NCBI RefSeq assembly: GCF_009914755.1
Contig: NC_060930.1
Origin: the human T2T-CHM13v2.0 reference genome, Homo sapiens
Reading direction: 5' to 3' (one strand)
DNA: 64,000 bases
The notes beneath the pieces were generated by a model. The model was given only the letters and a program-made list of their open reading frames with translations. It searched no databases and was not told where the DNA came from. Position numbers and translations under genes: made by a program. Within the stretch, counting starts at the first letter, position 1; every line of letters starts with the position of its first letter. Positions 31,060-53,100 of the stretch are shown here, in pieces.

Positions 31060-32204
31060 TGAGCCACAGCGCCCGGCCTGATACCATTATAATAATTGGA
31101 AAGATTAGAGAGAATGATAGGGAAGGGAAGAATGAAACAGATTGGGAAAAGGGAAGGAAATCAGGAATTCCATTTTGAATATATTAGGCTTGATATGTGT
31201 GTGAAACTTTTAAGTACAGAGGCAAGGTATGAAGTTAAATGTGTGCATCCGTGGTTCAGAGGTGAGTTCTAGCCAAGAGATAAAGCAAAAAGATTATATT
31301 TAGAATTATTGGATGAGGCTTGGCGCATTGGCTCACACCTGTAATCCCAACAATTTGGGATGCCAAGGCAGGAGAATGGCTTGAGCCTAGGACTTCAAGA
31401 CCAGCCTGGGCAACATAGGGAGACCCCGTCTCTATTAAAAGTTTAAAAATTGGTTGGGTGTGGTGGTGCACAACTGTAGTCCCATCTACTTGGAAGGCTG
31501 AGGCAGGAGGATTTCTAGAGCCCAGGATGTTGAGACTGCAGTGAGCCATGATTGCACCACTGCACTCCAGCATGGGTGACAGAGCGAGACCCTTTCTAAA
31601 AAAAAATAAAATAAAATAAGATAAAATCACAGGATGAGAAATATAGGGAGACAAGAGAAGACAGCCTAGGAGTGAACCCTAAAGAATCCCAACATTTAGA
31701 GATTTGTTAAAAGAGGAGGCGGAGCCAATAAAGGAGACTGAGAACAGCCTATGAAGTAGGAAATAAGTGAAATCAAATGTATTGGTTGTCTACTGCTGCG
31801 TAATGAATGACCCCAAATTTACCAGCTTAATGTTTACTATCTCACAGCTCCTGTGGATCAGAAATCTGAGAGTGATTATTTGGGTGGTTCTGGCTTAGGG
31901 TCCCTTGAAGTTGCACTCCAGCCTGGGTGACATAGGGAGACTATCTCTAAAAATAAATAAATAAGTCATTTTAAAAATCTCATTTAAAAATTTATCTATC
32001 TATGTAGAAACAGAAGAATCAACCTCAAAATGATACTGTTCTGTGTATATATTGAATGGCCACATCACTGGCAATTTTTAAAACATTTTCTTCCTTTGCT
32101 CTTCTGTATTTTCTAAAATTTCTACAATAAAAATTACTTTCATAATATTAATATCAAAAAACTTTTAAAAATGTAGACCATTGAATTTTATTTGAATTGT
32201 GTAA

Positions 32205-32588
<384 letters not shown>

Positions 32589-34356
32589 TAAAAGCTCTCA
32601 TTTAATAAACAAGAAGAATAAGGATGGGTATGGTGTCTCATGCCTGTAATCCCATCACTTTAGGAAGCCGAAGAGGGAGGATTACTTACACCCAGAATTT
32701 GAACTGTGTGAGCCACTGTACTCCAACCTGGGTGACAGAGAGAGAACCTACCTCTAAAAAATACAAACATACATATATACATAATAAAATATCCATTACT
32801 AAATCACAATCTTGATAAGCCTAATTATAAACTGCTGCTAGGAGAATATTTGCTTCCAGAGAGAATCTTTTAGATTTGTTTTTGTGGGATTTTGGGGTTT
32901 TTTTTTCCTAGAGTGCTCTATAGTCCTCTTTTAGCTTCATGAATCTTCTGTCGAGCAATGAAGGGGAGTACTTGGTTCAACAAGAGAAAAACATATATAA
33001 AATTGTTTGCTTCCATTTAAAAGGAAACTTTACACTGAATTCCAACCAACTGTGATAGATAGATCTAAAAATGGCTTAATCCTTTGCAAGACAGTTATTT
33101 TTCAAAGTTCTATTTGTCATATTAGGGTCTGGCTAATTATGTTAAAAGCACCACTGGCTGATTTCTTAAGTTCCATTTTAGAGAGTATAGTGAAAGCACA
33201 GACCTGACTTTGTGTTTCTAGTATTTGTGCCATTATTTTTTAATCTACATTATTAAGCTTAACTTTGTACTGTAATGAGGTTAATTTCTACCCACACAAG
33301 CCCATCCAGTAGCTTTTCCTAAACACATTCATTCTTTGTTATATATTCCAGGGAGATATTTCTGTCAATGGCATGTGAGATGATCTATTCACTCCATGAT
33401 GAGATGCTTACTGTTTGAAAACAAATTCATTCACATGCTTAAAAATTGCTCAGGAGCAGGAACTATACAAATATTTATTGTTATTGGCCATTTATAATTT
33501 ATTCATAGTGATCCAGCTGACAACCATCTGGTGCATAAAACTGAAAATTGGAAGAAAAAAAGAGTAAAAGTCCCTGGAAAAATATAATTTAGTCTCCATA
33601 TGTCTTTGATACATATTCAATACAATTTATTACTTGCTAGTGGTATGAGATGCTCTATAATAATAGATACATATATGAAATTTAACACAAAGGGAAATTG
33701 ACATTTTACTCAAAAATGTATGTTGAAGGACAAAGTGAAGACAGTAGTAATAATACAGTAATTAGCAAATGTACATTGGCAAAGATAGTATAAACTAGGC
33801 TGTGGTAACAAATAGACTCCGGAATACATAATGACTTACATGCAATAGAAGCTTTTTCTCAAACAGTCCAAGACAGTTGAATTAGGTTGGTAAGTATTTT
33901 CTCCATGCAGTGATTCAGGGCCCTAAGCCATCTTGTGACTCCATGGATAGAACTCAGGGGTCTACCAATTCCCAAAGAATCCGTGGATAGAATTCAGACC
34001 TGTCACTATAATTTGTTGTTGTTGTTGTTGTTGTTTTTAATTCAATAGTTTTTTGGGTACCGGTGGTTTTTGGTTACATGGATGAATTCTTCAATGGTGA
34101 ATTCTGAGATTTTAGTGCACCCATCACCCAAGCAGTGTACACTGTACCCAGTATGTAGTCTTGTATCCCTCACACCTCTCCCAACCTCCCAGAGATGTCG
34201 CTATATTTGTATGGGAAAAATTACATCCCTGTTGGGGCCGGGCGTGGTGGCTCACGCCTGCAATCCCCGCACTTTGGCAGGACAAGGCGGGCGGATTACC
34301 TGAGGTCAGGAATTTGAGACCAGCCTGGTCAACATGGTGAAACTCCATCTCTACTA

Positions 34357-34542
<186 letters not shown>

Positions 34543-34699
34543 TTACATCCTTGTTAACTTCAAACTGAAATTTATCATTTCCCTTAATTATGAATGTAGG
34601 CAAAACCACAGAAGTATTACCAGTACTTATGACTTTGTAATAAATAAAAATCACCGATTTTTAAAAAATCATTACTGTTAGGCCAGGCATGGTGGCTCA

Positions 34700-35054
<355 letters not shown>

Positions 35055-35104
35055 CTAGATCCTCTACTTTAATGTATTTTTTAAAAAGCATATTATCTTA
35101 ACCT

Positions 35105-35590
35105 TTACGGTAGCTCCCAGTGATCCTGGTTTCCTGGCATTCGTACCCTTGTGTAATCCCCTTCCAGTAACAGAATATGGCAGAAATGATGGGATGTCAT
35201 TTCTGAGATTAAGTGTACTGAATCTATGTTCTGTACCCTCTCTTCGAGCACTTGCTACAGGGGAAGTGAACTGCTATGTCCTGAGATAACTGAGAGGTTG
35301 TGGAGAGTGACTCCATGAGTCTGTGGAGAGGTCAATATGACAAAGAACTGAAGCTTGCCAATAGCCATTTGAGTGAGCTTGGAAGTGGACCTTTCCCCAG
35401 GTAATGCCTCCAGATGACTGCCTATTTAGTTGGCATCTTGATTGTAGCCTTGTGAGATACCCTGAGCCGCAACCACCCAGCTAAGCTGGTCTCAGATTCC
35501 TGACCCCCAGGAATGTGAGAGAATAAATGTTTTAAGCTACTAAGGTTGGAGAGAATTTATTATATATCAATAGAGAGCTAATGTATACAT
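35105..35590 (+). mobile_element. MaLR LTR (MLT1E/F-like)
   Basis: Typical 3' end cccagctaagc...cagattcctgacccc...gtgagagaataaatgttttaagctactaag. Confidence 0.7.
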
Positions 35591-35608
35591 ATATCATTGT
35601 ATCACTAA

Positions 35609-35939
<331 letters not shown>

Positions 35940-36252
35940 TAAATGTTTTTATAATTGTATTCATTATAATTTGTTTCCTTTATAAATCTATTATTTTGTT
36001 TTATGCATTTTAAAACATTATTTTGCCAGGCATGGTGGCTTGTGCCTCTAATCCCAACCATGCAGGAGGCGGAGGCAGGAGGATTACTTGAGACCAGGAG
36101 TTTGAGACCAGCCTGAGAAACACAGTGAGACTCTGTCTGTAAAACAATAAAAATTAAAATTTAAAAAATAATAAATAAAATGTTATTCTGAGAAGGGATG
36201 CAGAGCATTCTTCAGTGTGCCAAACAATCCATGCATGGTACAAATAAGATTA

Positions 36253-36600
<348 letters not shown>

Positions 36601-37221
36601 CTAGCTGGCAAAAGGAGGACAGATCAGGGAGGAGACATACCTCTTTTTAATATCCTTAACCTAGGAGTAGCAGACATTTCTAATCACATTTATTGCAATA
36701 AACATGGACACATCTTGATGCAATAGACACTGGCAAATGGTCCTGGGTAAACTGTCATTTGCTCTATATGGCGCAAGGACCTATTTTGATAGTACCAGAG
36801 CAAATGCCCAAAATGTTAATAAAGCAATGAAAATAATATCTGCCAGAATAGAATCTTAGGGTTTTTTGAAAAATAAACACAAGGAATCAAATTAAAGAAA
36901 CAGATGGTGATGACATAAAAAATTTTGTGAACTTTTATTCCAAATGATATTTGTAGATCTGAAGATGTAAAGAACTGATTTGGATTTAGACTCCAGATCA
37001 GAAATATCAGAAATCAAATTATTCTTCAGTCTTCCTTAAGAATGAATAAATTTTGTAAGATTATGAACATAAAGTCTTAATTTTCCTGAAGTCACAGAAC
37101 AAATAATAGGATAGTATCCTTGTTGTTTTATTCAGTAAACATTTGCTGAGGGTCTACTGTGTAACAGGGACTGTACTAAGTACTGGGGAAAAAGAGACTG
37201 CCAAAAATATGACAAGACCCC

Positions 37222-38300
37222 TGCAATGGACTGAATGTTTGTGTTGCCCCCAAAATTCCTATGTTGAGAACCTAATCTCAATGCGATGGTATTTGGAGGC
37301 AGGGCCTCTGGGTAGTAATTAGGACATAAGGGTGGGGCACTCATAAATGTATTAGTGCCCTTATAAGAAAAGCCCAGAGAACTACCTAGCTTTTGGTAGA
37401 ATTATTGAAAATGCACTGTGATGGTTAATGAGTGTCAACTTCATTGGATTAAAGGATGTAAAGTATTGTTCCTGGGTGTGTCTATGAGGGTGTTGCCAAG
37501 GGATATTAACATTTGAGTCAGGGGACTGGGAGAGGCAGACCCACCCTCAAACTGCATGGACACCATCTGAGCAGCTGCCAACCAGGCTAGAAAAAGCAGG
37601 CAGAAGAAGGTGGAAGGAGACGTCTTGCTGAGTCTTCGGGCCTTCATCTTTCTCCCGTGCTGGATGCTTCCTGCCCTCAAACATCATACTACAAGTTCTT
37701 CAGCTTTTGGACTCTTGGACTTACACCAGTGGTGTGCCAGGGGCTCTTGGGCTTTCAGCCACAGACTGAAGGCTGTACTGTCAGCTTCCCTGCTTTTAAG
37801 GTTTTGGGACTCAGACCAGCTTCCTTGTTCCTCAGCTTGCAGATGGCCTATTGTGGGACTTCCTCTTGTGATCCTGTGAGTCAATTCTCCTTAATAAATT
37901 CCCCTTCATATATACATCTATCCTATTAGTTCTGTCCCGCTAGAGAACACTGCAGAAAACACTGCATTTATGAAACCACATAAATGGTGTTGTGTGAAAA
38001 AATTAGTTATCTTGATGACTAATGACTCCTGGAGAAAAATCAAGACACAGATAAGTTGGGCTGCCAATAGCTCATCAGATGTCTTTGAGAAGATGAGGCA
38101 AAACTACCCTTCCTTGGACTTTCTGCCACTTGAGGATACAAGGAGAAGTTGTCAGCCTGCAACCCAGAAGACCCTCACCAGAACTGGACTATGGTGGCAC
38201 TCGATGTCAACTTTCCAGCCTCCAGAACAGTGAGAAATGTTTATTTTGTTTGTAAGCCACCCAGCCTATGGCAATTCATTCTATCAACCTGAACTGACAG
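37222..38300 (+). mobile_element. MLT1A-like MaLR LTR split into 37222-37393 and ~38116-38300
   Basis: 5' tgcaatggactgaatgtttgtgt..ccccaaaattc; 3' ccagcctccagaacagtgagaaat..taagccacccag. Confidence 0.82.
37417..37952 (+). mobile_element. MLT2A-like ERVL LTR nested inside the split MLT1A
   Basis: tgtgatggttaatgagtgtcaactt...tcctattagttctgtcc..ctagagaac. Confidence 0.85.
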
Positions 38301-39689
38301 TCAGCCTGTTTCCAGAGATCTTATATTGAGGGAAATGGCTCAGCAAAGTAAATCCGTACAGTAATATTTACTAAGTTCTGTGACATACATAAACAGAATG
38401 CTAAAAGCAATGTGCTAACAGCAAAATCATTCACAGTTTTTTAATTTCAACATAATTGGACTAAAAATATTAAATTAAATTGGAATGTCAGGCTTCAGTT
38501 GTTAAATAGGGTAAGATTCCTATGGGGATAATTTTTTATGCCCTCCCAGGACCCTGAATCTACAAAGTAAAGCTGTCCCCCAATGTTCACAGAAAGTTTT
38601 CAGAAAAGATCTTAGGCCTCTGCTCATGGGGAATGACAAGAAAGACTTGAAAATCCACAGTGTGGTTCCATAAATGCAATGTCATGTGAAAAAACTAGTT
38701 ATCCTCTGCTCCTTCCAATGTTCACAGGCTGACTCATGACTGATGACTCCAGGGAAAAATCAAGACACAGGTAAGTTGAGCTGCCAATAGCTCATCAGAT
38801 GTCTTTGAGAAGATGAGACAAACTTACCCTTTCCTCAGGCTGAGGCATCCCCACGCTTAGGCTTGTGGCTCGAAGAGCAGGCGAGCAGAGTGCAGGCTGG
38901 AGCTCGGCCCTATTTGAGCCTTTGGCTATACATTCTGGCACAATAGAGGCCCTGCCAGAAGCTCCTTGGCAAAGTAACACCTCTCCCAACTGCACCCTTC
39001 TTTCTGAACACCTATTACTTTGTTATTCAGCCCTCAACAACTTGGGGTTCCTGGGACTATGTCATTCTTCCTGCTTAGTTGACAGTGTTATACAAGATTA
39101 TATTCATTTTCATAATGTTGAATATTCATTCTTCAATCAACAAATATTTATTGAAGAATAAATGAGGTATTTGAAGAAATGAAGTATTATACACTTATGA
39201 CAGATAAATAATAGAAAATTATCTCGTTGAAACCCAGGCTCACATCAAGTAACTGGTATAATCTGTATTTCATTGAAACATCACTCTTTGTCATTGCATA
39301 TTTCAGGAAAAATAAGGGACTAAGCAAATGAATTTCCCAGTTCTATTTAAGGAAATATTTGATTTTCAAGAGGTGGTCTTCAAAAAGATCTGATTGCCTC
39401 TCAGGAAAGATACTAATGCTGGCATTCTGCCCAAGTGATTGTATTTGCCTCTGTGATATATGTGTATATATGTATATTTGATAATGTGTATCCTCCCTTC
39501 ACTAAACGGTTTATAACAGTGGTACTCAAGCCTGTTGTTTTAACATACTGATGAGTTGTACAGCATTTTCAAAGTGACTTACTACCAAGAGGCTGAACTG
39601 AGATAGTCCTTCTTCCTTCTTCCAGGAGAGGAAGGGTATTCCCGTTCATCCCAGTAATGCTAATCGAGGAAATGGTCCTCGAGGAAATG

Positions 39690-39850
39690 ACGCTGCAGCA
39701 ACAGCATCACCTGGGGACTTGTTAGCAACAGAAGTTCTCAGACTCCGCCATAGAACTACTGAATCAGAAATTCTGGAATAAGGCCCAGCATTCCATGTTC
39801 TAACAAACCTTCCAGGTGACTGTAATGTACATTCAAGTTTAAGAACCACT
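39690..39850 (+). mobile_element. MER5A-like hAT MITE (partial)
   Basis: gcagcaacagcatcacctggg..cttgttag..tactgaatcagaaa..aagtttaagaaccactg. Confidence 0.75.
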
Positions 39851-40954
39851 GTAATAGACCCATTTCTTGGTTGATTAAATGGATCTTATATTGTAAATAA
39901 GCAGAATAGTCAAATGTTCCTTCACACAATAGGCTAGGGCTGCTATTTGACAGGATCATGGTCGTTTTAACAGGAGGAATATGATGAATCTGAAAAATGG
40001 AAACAATATTTGCAATGGCAGTTGTGTGTCCCTATGCAACATGAGGTGGGGAGGCCTTGAGGATTCCACTGATGGAAAGAATTGAGCTGAAATCTGAGCA
40101 CCTGCCATCCTCTTCCTCCTCTCCCCTCCCAACATCTGCATGGAACCACAGCCCTCCCCTCTTTCCTTTGGAGCCAGTGAAGCATGGAAAGGGGAAAGTC
40201 ATTCCCAGCATCCACCAAGGTTTAGAGGTAGTGTCATAAGCAAACATCTATACCAGCAAGTTCTCCAGTAAGGAGGGGCAGAGGCAGCGTGTGGGCCACA
40301 CACTGAGTTTGAAAAGTAGCAGAGTTTGAAAAGGAGTTAAGGAGTTATGGGCAAGAGATTAGGTGGCCAGTGGGAGGAGATTGAGAATAAAGCAAACCAG
40401 AAACCCTCAAAGACCTGAGGCATGTGGCTTGAAGAGCAGGTGAGAAGTTTTTGCCTGCCCATGCAGTTAAATGTCGCAAATCCCAGTTCATTCTAATTGA
40501 TGCAGCTTTAGGAATGATTTTACAGTAAAAACCCACTGCTTAGAATGTCATTTTAGTTCATTCTGGGAAGACAGGTGAAGTGGCACTCCATCCTGGAAAG
40601 ACAGCTCTGCTTTCTGATCAGGTAGGACTTTCTCACTCTCTCTCACACTTCAAGTTGAAAATTCAACAGCCAACTAAACCAAACAGCCCGCAGACAGTTG
40701 CCTCTGACTGACCATTGTCAACAGCAATGTCTCTTTGTTCTCTGTGAAGTAAGTGGAATAAATGGAGCACTGCCTTAATGCCCTTGCCAACTGAGTACTC
40801 AATAGTTCTGTTGTTTAAGGGCTCAACCCCTCCCACTACCCAGAGAATAATGTGCTCTGAAATCTAGTGACAACCCAAGGTAGACTGGGCACTCTGGAAA
40901 GGAGGCATGGCCTGCTTGTTATAATGCTTGTGATATCAGACATTTTTAGAACTA

Positions 40955-41733
<779 letters not shown>

Positions 41734-43522
41734 CCTTACACTCAACTGTAACCTTTGGGGCTTGGAAGTCACCACAGGCCCTCCATTTTTAGGGCTGTTT
41801 GGTCAATGCAAGGACCTTAGTTATGTGAGCTACTGTTACCCACTAGTAAATGCCCCAATTTTTATCAGAATGAAGTAGAATATCTACCTCTCCTTGCCTA
41901 TTTTGCTTTTTACTTCAAAACTACGTTTAACATTCACTTTCCCAAAATGATGAGAAATTTTGATTATCCCAGTTCTATTTAAAGAAACATTTGATTTTTA
42001 AGGTGCCTCTTTGCCTTTTTTCAACAATGGCCCCGCCTTCTGCTTGGCACCTTCAGTTGACGGTTTCTTACTACTTCATACTAGGTGCTCATTTGTTGTC
42101 CATCTCCGAGTGACTTTCCCATTTTCCTCATTCTCAGCCACTGACAGTCAACATATTTTTAAAAGCAGTGGCCTGTGGCACTAACGAGCCACAGTAAAGA
42201 TCTGCAAGTCCCCTCTGCCCCCACTCCCCGCTTTGAAATCAAGTCTGGTAGGTCAGCCCACTTCTTACATTTCACATACACAGATGCAGGACTTCATACA
42301 CAGGTACTCTTACAAACACACATTGACACATAGTCTTTGAGACTAAACTTTCATTCAGTGATGTCTGTTTTACTGCTCCATATATCTTAGGGCTTGAATT
42401 CTTCCTAAGTGGAAAATGCTAGGAGCTCCAAAAACTTGGCATATTCTGAAAACGTGTATTGCAGCCATTTGTTTTCTACTATTATGGTGGATTTGTGGGC
42501 CAGCAGCATAAGTAGGTAGGCTTCACATTAGTTTTTGATGTTAAAACTATGTAGATAGATATTCAAAATACTTGATAAATAATTTTTAAGAGTGCAGACC
42601 AGCTGGGCACGGTGGCTCATGCCTGTAATCCCAGTGCTTTGGGAGGCTGAGGTAGGAGGATCACTGAGGCCAGGAGTTCAAGACAACCCTGGGCAACATA
42701 GCAAGACCCCATCTCTACAAAACATTTTAAAAATTAGGTGGCACACACCTGTAGTCCTAGCTACTTGGGAGGCTGAGGTGGGAGAATTGCTTAAGCCCAA
42801 GAGTTGGAGGTTACTGTCAGCTATGATTGTGCCACTGCACTCTAGCCTGGGCAACAGAGCAAGACCCTGTCTCTTAAAAGGACAGAGAGAGACAGCATAC
42901 CTTTTAAGACTGACCATTTTTATAAGCAACATGGAAAAATGTTGATGTAGAAGATTCCAGATCATTGCCTTCCTAGAGAATTTCAAATCTAGAACTGTTT
43001 CTATACTTTCTTTTGTTTTTGCAGTAAGCCCATAGCTCTCCACTGAATATGTAAAATACTTTAAATTCTGCTAAAATTTAATGTAATAGAGGTTCTCTGC
43101 AGAGGCCACTTTTGCCCCTAGTGAAATTCTTGCTGAAAGAGTCATTATGAAATGGCAGATTAATTTATCTTTTCTACATCAAAATCTATAGTGAAGAGGG
43201 ATATAGCTTCTCACCACCCCAGGCAAGGCACAGGACCAATGGCAGAGGACCAGGTGAGTTGGACATTCCTGACCATGAATAAAAAAGGAAGATGAAAAGG
43301 AGGTGGAAGAAGAGGAGGAGGAGAAGTAGGAAAAGAAACAGAAGTGACATGTTTAAGGACTGTTGTTATATCTTTTTTTTGGATCTCCTGGTCTCAAGCA
43401 ATCCTCCTACCTCAGCACCCCCACCGAGTAGCTGGGACTGCAGGCATGCACCACGATGCCTGGCTAATTTTTGTAATTTTTGTAGAGATGGAATTTCACC
43501 ATGTTGCCCAAGTTGTTCTTGA

Positions 43523-46015
<2,493 letters not shown>

Positions 46016-46709
46016 AATACATTTCTCATAGAAATTTTCAGGTTGATTTGAACACTTATATGAAAATGCAGTGAATCTAGAAGAGCCAAAACAAAAAGAA
46101 AAACATACTGCTGCCACCTGATTTCAGATTTCACTGTAAACCACAGTAGTTATGACGGTGTGCTGTTGGTGTGAGGACAGACAGATCAATGAACAGAATA
46201 AACAGCCTGGAGATGATACAGTGACCAAGACAACTAAATGGGGAAAAGAACGTCTTTTTGAACGAATGGTGCTGAACAACTGGTTACACACATGGAAAGG
46301 AAAAAACCTTGATTGATTACTACTACTACCACCTGATCTTTACTGCTCTTTTGTGGTCTTAATTGTATCATCTGTGAAATAATTATGCTGTAGGTCCACA
46401 GTTCCTTACCTGTGGATCCAAAATCAAAAATTCTCTAAAAACTGCAAGTTTCTTTCTAAGACTTTTTGTGCCAAAACCCAACCATACCTGGATTCATTTG
46501 GTCACAGACCTGATCTGAAATGATTTGAGGCTACTTGTAGTCTCTATGTAATTTAGTATAGTCACACATTTCACTGCAGATATACACATTTACTTGATTA
46601 CAAGTTGTTACCTAGACCCTGCTGATTGAGTTCCATACTATATATTATATGCAATATATTACCTAACTAAAATCCAAAAAGTTCTAAATTCATACATATA
46701 CGTGAATTA

Positions 46710-47183
<474 letters not shown>

Positions 47184-47959
47184 CTAAACACAAATTAAAA
47201 GGAATTAATAACAATAGAGATTTAAAGGACTTGTGCAGTATCTGTAGGTGAGTCAAGCTTCCCTAGAGTCTACAGGGAAGTGGCATTGGTGATTCAACAG
47301 AGATACCCAGGAGGAGATGGTGAAACAAAGCTGACTGCCTGTCAGGAAACTTGCCCCTGCCCTCACTCTTGGGTGGGGATTCTCCTTGCATTGCTCCATT
47401 TAGAAAACCTGAAAGGATTCGAAGACGCGGCATGCTTCCTGATAGACCACAGTCAGGAAAAGATTGTTATCATCCAAAAGGCATTTACTTTTCAGGGAAA
47501 GTGAGAAAGAAAGAGAGGAGAGGATAAATAAATACATGGAGAAAAAATAGAGAAGGGAAAGAGAGAAGAACCCAAGAGAACAATCGCTTTTCCTCCTCCT
47601 TTTTCTTGGGCAGTCAATGCCTGCCTCGCACCTGTAGTGACTCCAACTGCTGCTTCAGGAGTAAAATCAGTCCTCAGGAGTAAAATCAGTTGACTGCACA
47701 AACTCTGAAGGGGTGGTAGCTGAGGACAACAGGTGGAGAATGACTACCTGGAATAGTCACCTCCCCGCACTTTGGGACAAACCCCCAAGGCTGACAGATG
47801 GCACTTAGAGAAGGGGCTCTTCCTCCTTTATTCTCTAGTAGAGCATATCACAGACAATGGGACAAGAATCAAATTGATAACAATATTGTCAACATGAACA
47901 CTGGAAGTAACATATATGTAATACACAAATACATATTTATTGCTGTACTATAAAGGGGA

Positions 47960-49480
<1,521 letters not shown>

Positions 49481-50266
49481 GAGGAGAGAGAGAGGGGAAG
49501 AAATGGACATTCATAAGCCAATGATAAGAGTGAGTTGGCCGGGCGCAGTGGCTCACACCTGCAATTCCAGCACTTTGGGAGGCCGAGGTGAGCAGATCAG
49601 TTGAGGCCAGGAGTTCGAGACCAGCCTGGCCAACATGGTGAAACCCCTATCTCTACTAAAAATACAAAAATTAGCTGAGGGTGGTGGCACATACCTGTAA
49701 TCCTAGCTACTTGGGAGGCTGAGGCAGGAGAATCACTTGAACCCAGGAGGCAGCGGTTGCAGTGAAGCTGAGATCACGCCACTGCACTCCAGCCTGGGCC
49801 ATATAGCGAGACTCCATCTGAAAAAAAAAAAATGAGTCATGACCAAGGATTATAATTAAGTGAACTTTGATAGCCCGTGAAAAATGAGCCATAACAACAG
49901 CTATAAAAGTTATTGACCAAGAAAAACAAGAAAAGTAGGTGGTTTGGATTTTGCAAAGTTTCTGGAATAAGTAAACCCACTTAGCCACAGTGTGATTAAA
50001 ATTCTACTTTAAAGTGATATCTGAGACTAGGTAGAAGGAAGATTAAAAACTTTTTGTTATAAGGGATAAGAAACTTGATAAAGGAATTCTCCAGGTTCAG
50101 GACAGATGGCAGAGGACAGAAAAAGGCTCAGATAGATGCACAGCAGCGAATCAGGGAAGAAAAGAATCCCCACTGGACCAGAAATACATCAATTCTCTTC
50201 AGTAGAGCTAAGAGCTTTGCCAGCTCCTTCCTGAGCAACCCAATATACATCTTTTCAGTTAGTTGT

Positions 50267-50651
50267 TGTTTTATAGACTGAACACTTATGCTCCCCTCTC
50301 CAAATTCATAAGTTGAAGCCCCAAACCCTGATGTGAGGGTATTTTGAGATGGGGCCTTTGAGAGGTAATTAGGGTTAGATGGGGTCATGAGGGTGTGGCA
50401 CTAATGATGGGATTGGTACCCTTATAAGAAACAACACAGAGCGCTTACTGTCTTTCACTCTCTAACATGTGAGGACACAGTGAGAAGGGGGCCATCTGCA
50501 AGCCCGGAAGAGAGCCCTCATCAGGAACTGAATCAGTTGGCACCTTGATCTTGGCCTTCCCAGCCTCCAGAACTGTGAGAAAATAAATTTCTATTATTTA
50601 AACCACCCAGTCCATAGCATTCTGTAATGGCAGCCTGAGCAGACTGAGGCA
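50267..50651 (+). mobile_element. MLT1A-like MaLR solo LTR
   Basis: ggggcctttgagaggtaattagg...catgtgaggacacagtgagaagg...ttcccagcctccagaactgtgagaaaataaatttct. Confidence 0.85.
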
Positions 50652-50764
50652 ATTGTATAGCAATACACTTACACGTTTACTCACTCATTCAATGGTGTGA
50701 GGTTAGTTGTTTCCAATAAAGCCTGTTGCCATTCGTCCAAAGTGAAGAGCCCTTCCAGATATTT

Positions 50765-50803
<39 letters not shown>

Positions 50804-52017
50804 TTTTGGAGACGGAGTCTCACTCTGTCGCCCAGGCTGGAATGCAGTGGCATGATCTCGGCTGACTGCAACCTCCGCCTCCCAGGTTCAAGTGATTCTT
50901 CTGCCTCAGCCTCCTGAGTAGCTGGGACTAGAGGCGCGCACCACCACGCCCGGCTAATTTTTGTAACTTTAGTAGAGACGGGGTTTCACCATATTGGCCA
51001 GGCTGGTCTCAAACTCCTGACCTCATGATCCACCTGCCTCAGCCTCCCAAAGTGCTGGGATTACAAGTGTGAGCCAACATGCCCGGCAGATATTGTTATA
51101 TTTACATGGATGGAGTGGACCGTATCCAAGCATTGTAGACCACTGAGATCAAAACCAGGGAAGAAGCACCCTTACAAAACACTGCTTTAGTGAGGACTAT
51201 TTCTGCCTGGGAGCGCTACACGTTAAATAATTGAAAGAGGATAAAATGGCTAGATAGGCCAACTTCTCCGCACAACTCAGGTTGGTTACTGGCCTTTGAA
51301 GGCAGAAAAACCTGTTGGTCTGAAATCTCAGTGGCTCACTGCCTCCACCTTCTGGAGATTTGGAGACATGGTAGTGTTGTTGTTTGCCATGGTTAGCTTT
51401 CTAATTTCCTTTCACCATTCTCATTACTGGAAATTAATATCAGGATAAAAACAACCAAAATCCTATCAAGATATTGTAGTTTGAAGGCTTTAAAAAACAC
51501 TATGTTCTTTTTAATGTCATTTTTATAACAGGAAAACAGATAACTGGTACCTGGAGTCTCTTTTGTTCAACTTGTTCAGTTTAAATAGATATTTTGAATC
51601 TGGGCAGCATAGAAAGACCCCGCCTCTACAAAACATTTACAAATAAGGTGGGTGTGGTGGTGCACACTGGTAGTCCTAGCTGCAGCCCAGGAGTCAAGGT
51701 TGCAGTGAGCTATGATTGCACCACTACACTCCAGCCTAGGCAACAGCGTGAGACCCTGTCTCTAAAAAAAAGAATAGATATTTTGTGATCTATAGTCTAT
51801 TCCATTTTCAACTAAGGACAAAGTAAAAAGTTACCTTCTTTCACATACTTACACAGGCCTCTGTTTTACTTTCATAGATCTTTATGAGTACAAGCCCTGT
51901 GTCTTCCAGGCTCTTAAAATAATGCACCATCGATTCATCATAGAAACTCTTAGGAGACTGGAACTAGAAAAGAATTTTCTTTATCTGATAAAGGCTATTT
52001 ACAAAAATCTACAGTAA

Positions 52018-53100
<1,083 letters not shown>

